Shown here: piece by piece, positions 12,115-22,555 of the stretch
How the letters are laid out: each line of letters opens with the position of its first letter
Position numbering within the stretch: position 1 is the first letter of the stretch
NCBI GenBank assembly: GCA_002269645.1
Contig: NIVC01001899.1
Location: 124,001 to 188,000, forward strand
Origin: Macrostomum lignano
Lineage: Eukaryota
Direction: 5' to 3'
Length of the DNA stretch: 64,000 nt
The notes under the pieces: generated by a model
The model's input: the letters and a program-made list of their open reading frames with translations, nothing else
Databases searched by the model: none
Told to the model about the DNA's origin: nothing
Made by a program: the position numbers and the translations under genes

Positions 12115-12190
12115 GTCACGTGATCTACAGAAATCTGACCTAGTCTTGTAAATAAGGCTAGACAACTGCCAGTTTGGCTTGTCACGTGAC
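12115..12190. promoter_or_regulatory. Paired E-box/CLEAR-type motifs upstream of ENOSF1
   Basis: GTCACGTGAT at ~12116 and the perfect palindrome GTCACGTGAC at 12181-12190, about 230-300 nt upstream of the ENOSF1 ATG. Confidence 0.35.
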
Positions 12191-12229
12191 CTGCGGGGCC
12201 TCAAGGCGATAATAAAATATTTTAACTAT

Positions 12230-12830
12230 GTGGATCAGTGTCGACACCTTAGGATTGTTGATATAAGCGACTAAATTTATAACTTCATACGAGCTATTTT
12301 TTAATTTGATCGAACGGTGCAAGTTTTATGAAAATCGGTTGGGCCGTTTTTTTCTAAAATCGATCGTTTTTAGTATAGAGGACTAGCAGTTTGTGCCCCC
12401 CGTTGGGGAGGCAACAGATAAAGCAATTTTTAATAAACTACATTTAGATTTTTACCTTGTACAGTCACTATTGTTAATTTCTCAAGGACGATTAAAGCAG
12501 AAAGCCCCGCCCTGAAAGCCAGCTATCTAGCCTTAGATATCAGATCCCCCTATGGGCTTTGGCTCAATGCATCTGAACACCCCCCATGAGAATTTTTCTC
12601 AGCAATACCCCACTTGAGCCACAGCATTTCAGCAATACCTCATGAGCTCATACCCCATCCCCCGTGAGCATTGACATCTCAGCAACTCCCGCATGAGCCT
12701 TGGTCCACAGCATTTCAGCAATTCCCCATAAGCTTTGATATCTTGGCAACTCCCCGTGAGTATTGACGTCTCTGCGATTCTCTCTATGAGCCTTGACATC
12801 TCAGAAATTTCTCACATCCAACCCTAGCCA
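12230..12830 (+). mobile_element. Helitron-like (Lep1/DINE-1/HINE-type) non-autonomous element: 3' end of one copy joined to the 5' end of the next
   Basis: 12305-12380 matches 61225-61315 (GATCGAAC.GTGCAAGTT...AAAATCGGT...TAGTATA[T]AG). 12382 starts ACTAGCA...CCCCCCGTTGGGGAG like 56469. Internal CTTGACATCTCAGCAA subrepeats. Confidence 0.6.
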
Positions 12831-13175
12831 TGAACCCTTCACTCTCTCCTCATTAGCCTAAGCCAGTGCATCACCCCTAGTTGAGATGTGAACCGCGGGC
12901 TGTGATATGCATTGCGTCACTTAGGGCTGAGATCTGAGAAAAGTTGACCACTGGTTCCGGGTTGGAAATTTTAACATGTCGCTGAGTGTACTTAAAGCAT
13001 GCATTTGTCAGTTGTCACTATACAATATAAAAAACAAACTCACTGTGCATGTATCTAGTAGCATTTGTGTGCATCTATGAAGTAAAGCTAACATCAAAAG
13101 TTTTCATCAAAACAAGGATACTTCGTCGCTTCTACAGAGATAATTCTCATATTTTATTCTAAAGCTACATCATTA

Positions 13176-14130
13176 CTAAACCAGAGTCTCTTTCCATTCT
13201 GCAGCTCGGCTGGCCAGATGGCGTTCGTTGAAGTAGACTCGATTCGCGTCGATCCGTTGTCTGGTACTCTGTACTTGCTGCTGCTGCTGCCGCTGCAACT
13301 GGTGTTGACGGCAAATCCCAGATTCCCAAGGCTTCGAGGGACCAGGATAAATATTTCCAAAACCGGGAACCCAGGTGTACAGCCGATGCTGCTGCGGCTG
13401 CTGGTTGACAGTCGAATGTAGACTTGTTGTTGGGCTTCTAAAATTCGAGTTTCCGAACAGTACATTCAAGCTGACTGTGCTATGAAACTCTTTTTTACTC
13501 TTTAATGAGCTTAAAATCGTATAAAGGTGGCTTATATTAGAAGCGTATATTGTATTTGCTTCTAATTTCACCGCTACTGATCGCAATCCTAAGCTGACCA
13601 AGCCGTACCTACCGTCTCTGCGTCTGCGTTTCGGATTGTCGTCGATGGCAATGACAGAATTCGCACCTCAGCTGACCGGTCGTCGACGCCTCCTGCTGCT
13701 GAACTGCTCGACGTAGTCTGGGCGGCGGCGTCGGAGGCGAAGCTTTCTTCTCCACTACAGCCTGCGCTGAAGCAACGGCGTCAAACAGCAGGGCCCGCCG
13801 GACCGACAGGCGCTTGTGCTGCCGCATTCTCTCGCGGACGTATCGCTCGTAGCCGACCGGACAGTCGGGTATGTTGGCTCCGTACAGCGTTGCTCGGCTC
13901 TCTTCCGCTACCAATTGTGACAGGGATGTAGCCGAGACGGATCGTCCTGAAAGCCGTGGTGGCAGCGGCGGTGGCGGGGGCGAAGAAACCGGCTGTTGGT
14001 GCTGTTTTGGCGAGATTGCTGGTCGCTGTTGATGAAGCCGACGTCGCAGTCCCGGTATAGAAGCTGTGTAGGCCGGCACGTAGGCACGGCGGCTTGACGC
14101 CTCGTCTTCGGGGACTCGATTGTCGGCCAT
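13176..14130 (-). CDS. Uncharacterised 2-exon Pro/Gln/Arg-rich protein, ~259 aa
   Basis: Exon 14130-13613 (CG|GTAGGT) and exon 13437-13176 (TTTTAG|A) join in phase 2. GC-rich coding-like composition. No domain recognised. Confidence 0.65.
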
Positions 14131-14862
14131 TGGACGTTTCTTGGTGCTGCGAACTTTTGGAAAATAATTACCACATCATGATGTGCCTTCGAATTTGCAT
14201 TTGATATTGCCAAAAGGTGTCTGTTCTGGAATGAAACCCAGACAGTGGATTCGTAAAAGATTTGTCAGTGACACACCGGTTATACAAGGACACACTAATT
14301 ACAGAGGACACCTCAGCTACAAAGGGACCACATTATTAGTTACAGTGACACACTGCCTGCAGAGTGACACACCGGCTACAGAGTGACACACCGGCTACAG
14401 AGTGAATTTTAAGTACTGATTGACAATATGTTTTATCAATTTCAACAAGCATGCAAACGGACTTAGTTTTTACACTAGCAGTATAAATTATAATGTTTTT
14501 AGAAGGCTGTCCAACTTCAGTGGCCCTACAAAAATGTCACTCACAGCAGCTCAACGAGTAGCCCTTTGGAATTCTTCAGTTTCTCAGATTTTTTCAGATT
14601 TCTCTCTGGCTTGTTGAAATTGCTGTCGAACAAGCCGGGTGAAGACCTCTCGTTCCACCTCTGCCCCGTCTTTCGCTCGTTCAAGCAACTACTTTTAGGT
14701 CAGGAAAAAAGAGTGGGTGGGAGAGGGGGAGAGCCAGCTAGGAGGAATGGGCAAAGCTGGTTTCCTGGACTCTGAGTTCCAAGCCCTCATGGGATGCGCC
14801 AGTGAGAGATTCAGTGCTTATTGTGTACACACCGGGCCACCCAATGCTTGCTCACGTGTGCG

Positions 14863-14895
<33 letters not shown>

Positions 14896-15193
14896 ACACG
14901 AGTGCCGCCAGATCCCGCATAAAACGATTTCTAAAGAAAGTTCTGGAACGAGAGCCGTGCTCAATAAATCAGTCCTCCTATTCACATGCTTTTAAATGAC
15001 TTTCATGTCCAGTGACCAGAGAGCTTGAAGAAGCTGACAGGAATTCACTGCTGATTTAACTTTTTAGTCGAAAATTCTTAGCATTCACATTCGGTCCTTA
15101 AAATATTCAGATGGCTCTCATTTTAATCATTTAATCCTAAGCGTACATGTGTTTTTGAGTGTCAATCTTTGTCTTTTGAAAGTGTCTTCAATG

Positions 15194-16010
15194 CCAGGGG
15201 CTTTAGCATCAGGGGCTTTAGCACCAGGGGCTTTAGCATCAGGGGCTTTTTTTTAGAGGCAGGGGGGTTGTGTGCAACCTGGCACACTTTAAGCGACATT
15301 GGCACACAACCGGCGAGAGGCATTACTGCCCATTCCGCCGACTCCCCTGAGCAGGCATACAAGCGCGCGGATACGTACGCAGGCACACACTCACACAGGA
15401 GTGTACAGCGGCCCTAACTTTATATTATCGTTAGGCATGTACACTTCACTGCGCCTTGGGGGGTTGGCTCTCAAGGCCGTTAATTGCACGAGCAGAGCCA
15501 AGCCGAGATTCCAATTCAGCCCCAAATTAATGTGACTGCACTTGGAATCGAGCCTGGGTCGCTGGCACACCAGAGCAGCTGCGCTACCGCTGGGCTACGG
15601 CCCCAGGGGCTTTAGCACCAGGGGCTTTAGCACCAGGGGCTTTAGCACCAGGGACTTTAGCACCAGGGGCTTTAGCACCAGGGGCTTTAGCACCAGGGGC
15701 TTTAGCACCAGGGGCTTTAGCACCAGGGGCTTTAGCACCAGGGGCTTTAGCACCAGGGGCTTTAGCACCAGGGGCTTTAGCACCAGGGGCTTTAGCACCA
15801 GGGGCTTTAGCACCAGGGACTTTAGCACCAGGGCTTTAGCACCAGGGGCTTTAGCACCAGGGGCTTTAGCACCAGGGGCTTTAGCACCAGGGGCTTTAGC
15901 ATCAGGGGCTTTAGCACCAGGGGCTTTAGCACCAGGGGCTTTAGCACCAGGGGCTTTAGCACCAGGGGCTTTAGCATCAGGGGCTTTAGCACCAGGGGCT
16001 TTAGCTTTAG
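15194..16010. repeat. 15-bp satellite (CACCAGGGGCTTTAG): ~4 copies at 15194-15250 and ~27 at 15603-16010, separated by ~350 nt that includes a SINE
   Basis: Visible period; source of the RGFST/LAPGA/KPLVL ORFs. Confidence 0.9.
15321..15604 (-). mobile_element. tRNA-derived SINE, family 2
   Basis: Minus head GGGCCGTAGCCCAGCGGTAGCGC...GGCTCGATTCC has A- and B-box-like motifs. The body matches the reverse complement of 16825-17062. 3' fragments at ~10255-10355 and ~18352-18400. Confidence 0.75.
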
Positions 16011-16824
16011 CACAATTATGAACCTCAAATGAGTCTCCCAATACACGTTGCACTCTCGTGGCTACTTTCAGTAGTTTAAATCTACATATAAATATAACCA
16101 AAGTTAATTTTAAATGCAGCTTAGTTTTGAACTCAAATTTAGACAAAAACATTTTAGTATAATTGTGAACCGCCCATAGCGTGATAATTAAGTTGTGCAT
16201 GAAATTAATTAGAAAGCACTAATTATAGTAAGTGACAATCGCCAATGCTTTTGGCTGCAATTTTAGAGTGGTGCAATAACTGCTGTCATTTTTTACCACC
16301 GGTAGGGACGGACAGGGGGACATGTGTCCCCCCCCCTAGTAAAAGCTGAATTTCACTTAATGGCGCCAAAATGAGTGTCTGCGGCGCTAAAATGAGTGAC
16401 TGAAGTGCCAAAAAATATAGAAATTTTTCGTTTTTAAAATTCTTACCTATATCCACGTACCATAAAATCCATGGCTCACCCTACTTAGAGGAGATTAGCA
16501 CAATTCTTAACATCTGAATTTTTCTCAGGTGTCCTCGACTGTTTGATCTTCAAAAAACTGCGAGCTATTTTTCACCACAAGTCAACAGGTTTTGACATAT
16601 TGGATAATTTCTACCCCTTTAAAAGTGCTACCGGAGACTGACAAACATGGAAAAGTGCAAAACAAAGCACCTGCTTTTTCCTAATCTTGTCAGTGCGTTC
16701 GTTTCAAACCGACTTTTCATATTCTAGGCAATTTTTTCTTGTCTGAGAATTGTCCATAACGACCATTTAGAAAGTAGAATTTCCGTCGCTTAAAATAAAA
16801 CCGTTTCCATTTTGTTAATTTACT

Positions 16825-17062
16825 GGGGCGGCCGTAGCCCAGCGGTCTGGCGCGGCGCTCTGATGTGCCAGCGGCCCAGGCTCGATTCCCAGTGCAGTCC
16901 ACCTTAATTTGGGGCTGAATTGGAATCTCGGCTTGGCTCTGCTCGTGCAATTAACAGCCTTGAGGGCCAACCCCCACGGCACAAGTGAAGTGTACAAGCC
17001 TAACGATAATATAAAGTTAGGGCCGCTGTACACTTCTGTGTGAGTGTGTGCCTGTGCTTATG
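16825..17062 (+). mobile_element. tRNA-derived SINE, family 2 (inverted relative to 15321-15604)
   Basis: GGCCGTAGCCCAGCGGT...CCAGGCTCGATTCC head; about 230 nt of homology to the 15.3-15.6 kb copy. Confidence 0.75.
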
Positions 17063-17465
17063 ACTGCAATTGTAATGTACATCAATTGTAAAGTTTCTGT
17101 CAAAAAGATGAAATACTTCACCGTCCTTCTGCATTTGCTGTCGATGAACCAGAATTTCCAGTAGTCTAGAAATCTTCTTAACTCCAGTAAAATAGTCTTA
17201 CACTGTTTATTTAATTATTCTGTAAAGATGAAATCGCTTAACCATTCCTTTAACGATAAACAGAATCCGTAAAATTCAAGCACAGCTTTGCAAAAAAAGC
17301 GCCGAGAAATCAATCAATATTTCATGTCGAACGCTCCTAATCTGCAGTTTTTTTTCTTTGCTGTTGATTCATCTATTTTATGAATTCTGTTTGTGTGAAG
17401 GCATTCGACCGAATAAATGATTCAAAGGGTTTGCGATACGCGTTGCAATGCTCTGAATTACCGCT

Positions 17466-17730
17466 TTAGCACCAAGGGGCGCCAGCACCAAGGGGCGCCA
17501 GCACCAAGGGGCGCCAGCACCAAGGGGCGCCAGCACCAAGGGGCGCCAGCACCAAGGGGCGCCAGCACCAAGGGGCGCCAGCACCAAGGGGCGCCAGCAC
17601 CAAGGGGCGCCAGCACCAAGGGGCGCCAGCACCAAGGGGCGCCAGCACCAAGGGGCGCCAGCACCAAGGGCGCCAGCACCAAGGGGCGCCAGCACCAAGG
17701 GGCGCCAGCACCAAGGGGCGCCAGCACCCC
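17466..17730. repeat. 16-bp satellite (CACCAAGGGGCGCCAG), ~16 copies
   Basis: Visible period; the unit is related to the 15-bp satellite 1.5 kb upstream. Confidence 0.9.
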
Positions 17731-19970
17731 TGGTTGGCAGACTACGATTACGCCCATAGGCAACCAACGTCGATTTGCAATTCTTCACCTAAATGTCTCA
17801 CGAACACACGTAAACTAATCGATATTTTTTGTTACAGTCATTAAATGGTGTTCAAGACAAGTAGGCACTGAATTAATAGTCCTTTGACCACAGCATTTCT
17901 ACTGTCGCCTTCAAGTGTTCTCAGTTGAGTCAATTATTTTAATTCTCTTCATCATTCCCTGGCTGGCAGTGGTGAGTGTCCGGTGCGAGTGCCCAGCTCT
18001 CACTAACGGCTCCACTTCTGAGGGACAAAGGCATCAAAGGAAAGGCAGGAGGTCTGACTCAGAGGGGGATTTTCTGTAGGGAAAAAATCCAATGCATGGA
18101 GAAAAGCGGGTTGCGGAAAGAGTTGCAGATGGGACAGAGTAACCCATTAGCTCGATTAAATTTTTCTTACAGCTTGCAGTTCATGTGCAAGTAGAATTTA
18201 GAATTTTGTGAACTAAATTTAAGTTCTCAATATAACAGCACCGTTAGAATCCAGGGAGTTTTCAGGTCTTCAGTTTTCTTTTTTCCGTTAATTTTTCTGG
18301 GAGCTTTAGTCCCTGCCGCAAATAAAGTCAGCAAGGAGGCCCAGTTCGCTGTCCCCTGAGCACGCAGACTCACACAGGGTGCACAGCATCCCTGACTTTC
18401 TTATCATCAGACAGGGCACACACTTATCATCGCCTAAAAAATAAAGGTTTAGTTTGAAAGATTATGCATAAATTCATGCTACAAAAGAAGATATATTCTC
18501 GTTCCTATCTTGACAGGTTTGTTTTGATTCGCTGAAAGAGCTGGAGTTTAAAAGTATCTTACATGGAAAATGAGTACGAGCAGGGATGCAAAAACCTCAC
18601 TAGTTCCAAGCCACTCAAAGCCATTCTAACACTGTGGGTTAATGAGACACCCTCTCGTGGAACATGGAAGGAACATGGAGGCTCGAACGAGCGGTTATTT
18701 CATGGCCGAATTGTCGAATTAATTAACGCCCGATTCTCTAGCCAAAAATTTTGTGCTTTTTCTGAGAAAAGCGCCACGAAGCGTCAAGTGCGAAGTTAGT
18801 TCATTACGGGGCCGACAATTATAATAGTTTGAGTACAGGCAGACAGAACTCAGCCATGTTCCTCTGTCCGTCATTCCCTTTCTCCCATTACTTACCCCCC
18901 CCCCACAGACAGCTTTGCTCTGGTGGAGAAGTCTTTGAACAAGGGTCATCTAACGCGCGGCAGATGAGCTGGTTAATTTGACGTCCCAAAAGGCTCGCGA
19001 GGGAACGGGCTGGAGCTGGGGGATTCCTATAACTGGTGGTTGGCCATTTGCATGCAGATGAGGCAGTTGCTGAGTCTGGGCCAAGGTCTCTTCTTAGTTC
19101 CGCGCCATCAGAATGTGCTGCTTAGCGGCAAAATCTTAGCAACATCCCAGCTAAACCTGGCAGTCTCTATTGAACCATTGTTGTCTGTCTCGGCGTGCTG
19201 AGCGAATAAAAGGATTTGGGAGTTTCTTCTCCTCTCCTTTTTTCACCCTCTTCTTTATCCATTAGCTACCCCAGTTCTAGTCGCGTGGACTCTTATTGTA
19301 AAGAGTCTTTTCTGAAGCTTTCGGTTCGCTGGGCACCTGACTGACTGGCCGCTGCAGGCCTGTGCGATCCCAGAACAGAAGCAGGCGTGACGCGTTATTC
19401 TGCTGTTTGCCTGCCAGCTGTAGGTTGCTACCACCAGCAAATCCCCTCTGACCAAAAAACACAGCAGCCAGCTCACAATGGGAGTACAGACTCTTGTGAG
19501 CAGTTCAATTTCAGTTTGTAATTTTGTTTAAGCAGTTGCACCTTCAATGCAGATAGGAAGGTAAGCAAACCGTTTAATAGACGATAGGAAACAAAAAAAG
19601 CGAATTCAGTAAACTAAATCTGAGTCGTTCGTTCCATTTAGAGATTTCAAAGGCAGCTCATAGTGCTCATAAGTTGTTAAAAATTATGATTTGGGGTGGG
19701 CGAAATTATTTTAAGCATTGTTCAGCGCGCCCTGCATGAGTGTTCTTAACAGAATTACCTTAAGGTACATAAGGTACATCGTATGACGCTGTGATATCTA
19801 GTGTGAAAGTGAAGGATAACTAACTAAGAATTCCGAGCCCACAATAATGATAGAGAACCGGCAAACTAAATAGCGAATTAACACGTGACCGAGCGTTTGT
19901 AGATTAATTGTTTCATTTTGCATGCCGTGGATCTTGCGAACTAATCATGGGTGTTTGGATTCCGCATCGA

Positions 19971-21404
19971 TTACTGCGCCTGCACCTGCTTCACTCGAAA
20001 GCGCAGCTCCTTCATGGCGATGGGAGGCTCCAGCAGGCGGGCCCTGGAGCCGAAGCCGAGGCCCAAGCCAAAGCCGACAGAAAGTCGGCGCGGAGCTGGC
20101 GATTCAGCCGGAGTGGACAGCGGCGACAACGAGCCAGCATTGGACACGATTGGCTGCAGCTCCTGGGACGCCTCGACATCGATGCTTCCAGACTCTTCCA
20201 ATTCATCGCCATCGGGATCTCCTTCATCGTCAATGCAGCATCCATCGTCTTCGGTGCACTTTTGATAGTTACGGCGTCCACTGCAACCACGTCTGGCCGC
20301 CGAAACAAATTCGGTGTCAGTTCTCTGACCCACGTCCTCGCCGTCCAGGCCTTCGACTTTTCCACGATTACTATTGCTGTTGTTTCGCCGTCTGACCAAG
20401 CCGCCACCGAGTCTTCTGGCGTTGCAGCAGCAGCAGACTGCGGCTACGATTCGAGCGCGAAAGGAGCGCATGACGATGCAGTAGACAACTGGATTGGCGC
20501 AGGAGTTCAGGGTCACCAGGAACACGCCAATCAGCTGCGTGGGCGAGTTGTACACGTACTGCACCAGGTCCAGGTGCCCGAGCAGGTAGTACACGCAGTC
20601 GTAGCTGAAACATACAATAAAGATGCCCGTGATCACCACGGCTGATTTGGTCAGCTCGGTGGCTGCGCGTCGTCGGAAGCGGCTGGCTGCGGCGGCGGAG
20701 CGGAGGCTGCCGCGACCGCTTAGGCGGCAGACGATTCCGACGTATAGGCAGACAACGCCGGTCACTGGCGCCAGGTAGACGAGGCCGAACCAGGCGAAGC
20801 CGTACACCTTGAATACGCGTTTCCAGACGGGATTGGTGATCTCGCTGCTGCACAGGTTGCTGCCCGAGTCGAACTCTACGGAGAACACGTCAATAATGTT
20901 TACGAGGAACGAGTAAGCGTGCAGTCCGCCTAGGCAGGCGGCTGCCGGTCTCCAGCCGAGCGTCTTGTACCGGACCGGGCGGAACACGGCCCAGTAGCGA
21001 TCGATGGCAATCAGCAGCAGGTTCTGGACGCTGGCGAACACCGAGTACCAGTAGAACAGCTGGCTGTTCAGCACGTGACAGAGCACAAAGCCGAGGCCGC
21101 GGCTGTCCGTGGGATTCTGATCTGGCTTCAGGATGATCACCAGAGTGAAGGCGCACACGAACAGGTCCACCGCCGTCTGATGCAGGAAGACCGCCGTGGC
21201 GAAGCGAGATTGATAGCGGCGTCGGGCCAGCGTGGCCACCACTAACGAGTTTCCGGCCAGGCCGAGGGTTGCCATGACAACCTGGGTCCAGCGCAGGCCC
21301 GCAGCCCACCAGGCAGCGGCTGCGGCCGCGGCGGCATCTGCGGCACTTTCGGTAGCCGTGGCGTTGCCAAGGCCGCCTGCTGTCGTGGTGGACAAGTCGC
21401 TCAT
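19971..21404 (-). CDS. Intronless rhodopsin-like (class A) GPCR, peptide-receptor-like orphan, 477 aa
   Basis: Seven hydrophobic segments; TM1 GN (LGLAGNSLVV), TM2 HQTAVD, TM3 Cys and DRY (LIAIDRYWAV), ECL2 Cys, TM7 NSCANPVVY; N-glycosylation sequon NAT. Confidence 0.93.
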   Translation of the reverse strand: MSDLSTTTAGGLGNATATESAADAAAAAAAAWWAAGLRWTQVVMATLGLAGNSLVVATLARRRYQSRFATAVFLHQTAVDLFVCAFTLVIILKPDQNPTDSRGLGFVLCHVLNSQLFYWYSVFASVQNLLLIAIDRYWAVFRPVRYKTLGWRPAAACLGGLHAYSFLVNIIDVFSVEFDSGSNLCSSEITNPVWKRVFKVYGFAWFGLVYLAPVTGVVCLYVGIVCRLSGRGSLRSAAAASRFRRRAATELTKSAVVITGIFIVCFSYDCVYYLLGHLDLVQYVYNSPTQLIGVFLVTLNSCANPVVYCIVMRSFRARIVAAVCCCCNARRLGGGLVRRRNNSNSNRGKVEGLDGEDVGQRTDTEFVSAARRGCSGRRNYQKCTEDDGCCIDDEGDPDGDELEESGSIDVEASQELQPIVSNAGSLSPLSTPAESPAPRRLSVGFGLGLGFGSRARLLEPPIAMKELRFRVKQVQAQ

Positions 21405-22257
21405 CAGTGCCGATACGGTCGAAATTCTTAGAATTCACTGAAGCGCTCTGATGAATCAGCAAGATTTTCTGCATCTTGTGCTGTTTGAGCATCCCGCAGC
21501 TCATTGGTTATTGTCCAGCTGGCCAATTAAGAGAAGGAAAAGGTATATTTCTCATTACTAGCTCCCTTCCCGAGAGTCCATCGCTCACTGCCTTTTTCCC
21601 TTATGGCCGTTTGCTAAAAAAATGCCCATCGATTTCCCGCTCCCGCCATCCTCGCGTGGCTTTTCTGTAACTTTAGCCCGCCTTTTACGCAAGACTCCTC
21701 AAGCTTGGGGAAGAAGAATTTCAATTTCAACAGCCAAGAAGAGACTGCGAAATTATTGATTCTCTGTGGCCAATTTTCGTAGGACAAACAGGGCATTTGC
21801 AATACCTGTCAACACTCGCCGGTGCAAATTTATTGTGTGCTTTTGGCGTCTTGGCGTGTGGCACCTTTTTTCACCTGAGATGGGGTTTTGGAGGCTGGCA
21901 TGGCTTGATGTATGCCTCTAGCTGGCCAGCTGGTACCACAGCTTCAACTTGATACGAAGGGAATTGAAATATCTGAGACTGCCCGAGGAGGTAAAAACAT
22001 CCAAGGAAATTTCTCCGAATCCAAAGTTCCAAATACACTTGAAACGCAGCGTTTTTTGTGTCTCGGAGTGTACATGTATGCTGCATAAAATATTTTGTTT
22101 CACTAATATCTCTAGACCTTCAAACACAGGCATTAAAAGAGCCAAATCGAGCTAATTTATGACTATACACTTAGACCTGAGCTCGAACTTGAACCGATTG
22201 ACTTTTGGGGTTGTGTTGAACTTTTCTGACGCTCGTAACGCTCGTACCTCACTGAAC

Positions 22258-22555
22258 TGAGCCAGCCAATCAGTAGTCAGTATGGGTAGAGTGGATTAGA
22301 TAATCAAAGCCAGCCAATCAGCAATCAGCATGGGGTAGAGTGGATTAGATAAATCAAAGCCAGCCAATCAGCAATCAGCATGGGGTAGAGTGGATTAGAT
22401 AATCAAAGCCAGCCAATCAGCAATCAGCATGGGGTAGAGTGGATTAGATAAATCAAAGCCAGCCAATCAGCAATCAGCACGGGGGTAAGAGTGGATTCGA
22501 TAATCAAAGCCAGCCAATCAGTAATCGCGACGGGGGTAAGAGTGGATTAGCGGTG
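22258..22555. repeat. 49-50-bp repeat, ~6 copies, each containing AGCCAATCAG
   Basis: Visible period; about 0.9 kb upstream of the GPCR start. Confidence 0.85.

Noticed and set aside
16295-16400. MITE-like GGGGGACATGTGTCCCCCCC palindrome
   Set aside because: No matching terminal repeat or TSD was identified.
16825-16900. tRNA gene candidates here and at ~15530-15604, ~8450-8506 and ~61640-61704
   Set aside because: They have A/B boxes but continue into shared non-tRNA bodies and lack a clean cloverleaf, so they are treated as SINE heads.
15542-17818. ORFs made of RGFST, LAPGA, KPLVL and GAPWCWRP repeats
   Set aside because: Translations of the 15- and 16-bp satellites, open in several frames.
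19908-20645. 245-aa plus-strand ORF and other overlapping ORFs
   Set aside because: Antisense shadows of the GC-rich GPCR CDS with no recognisable features.
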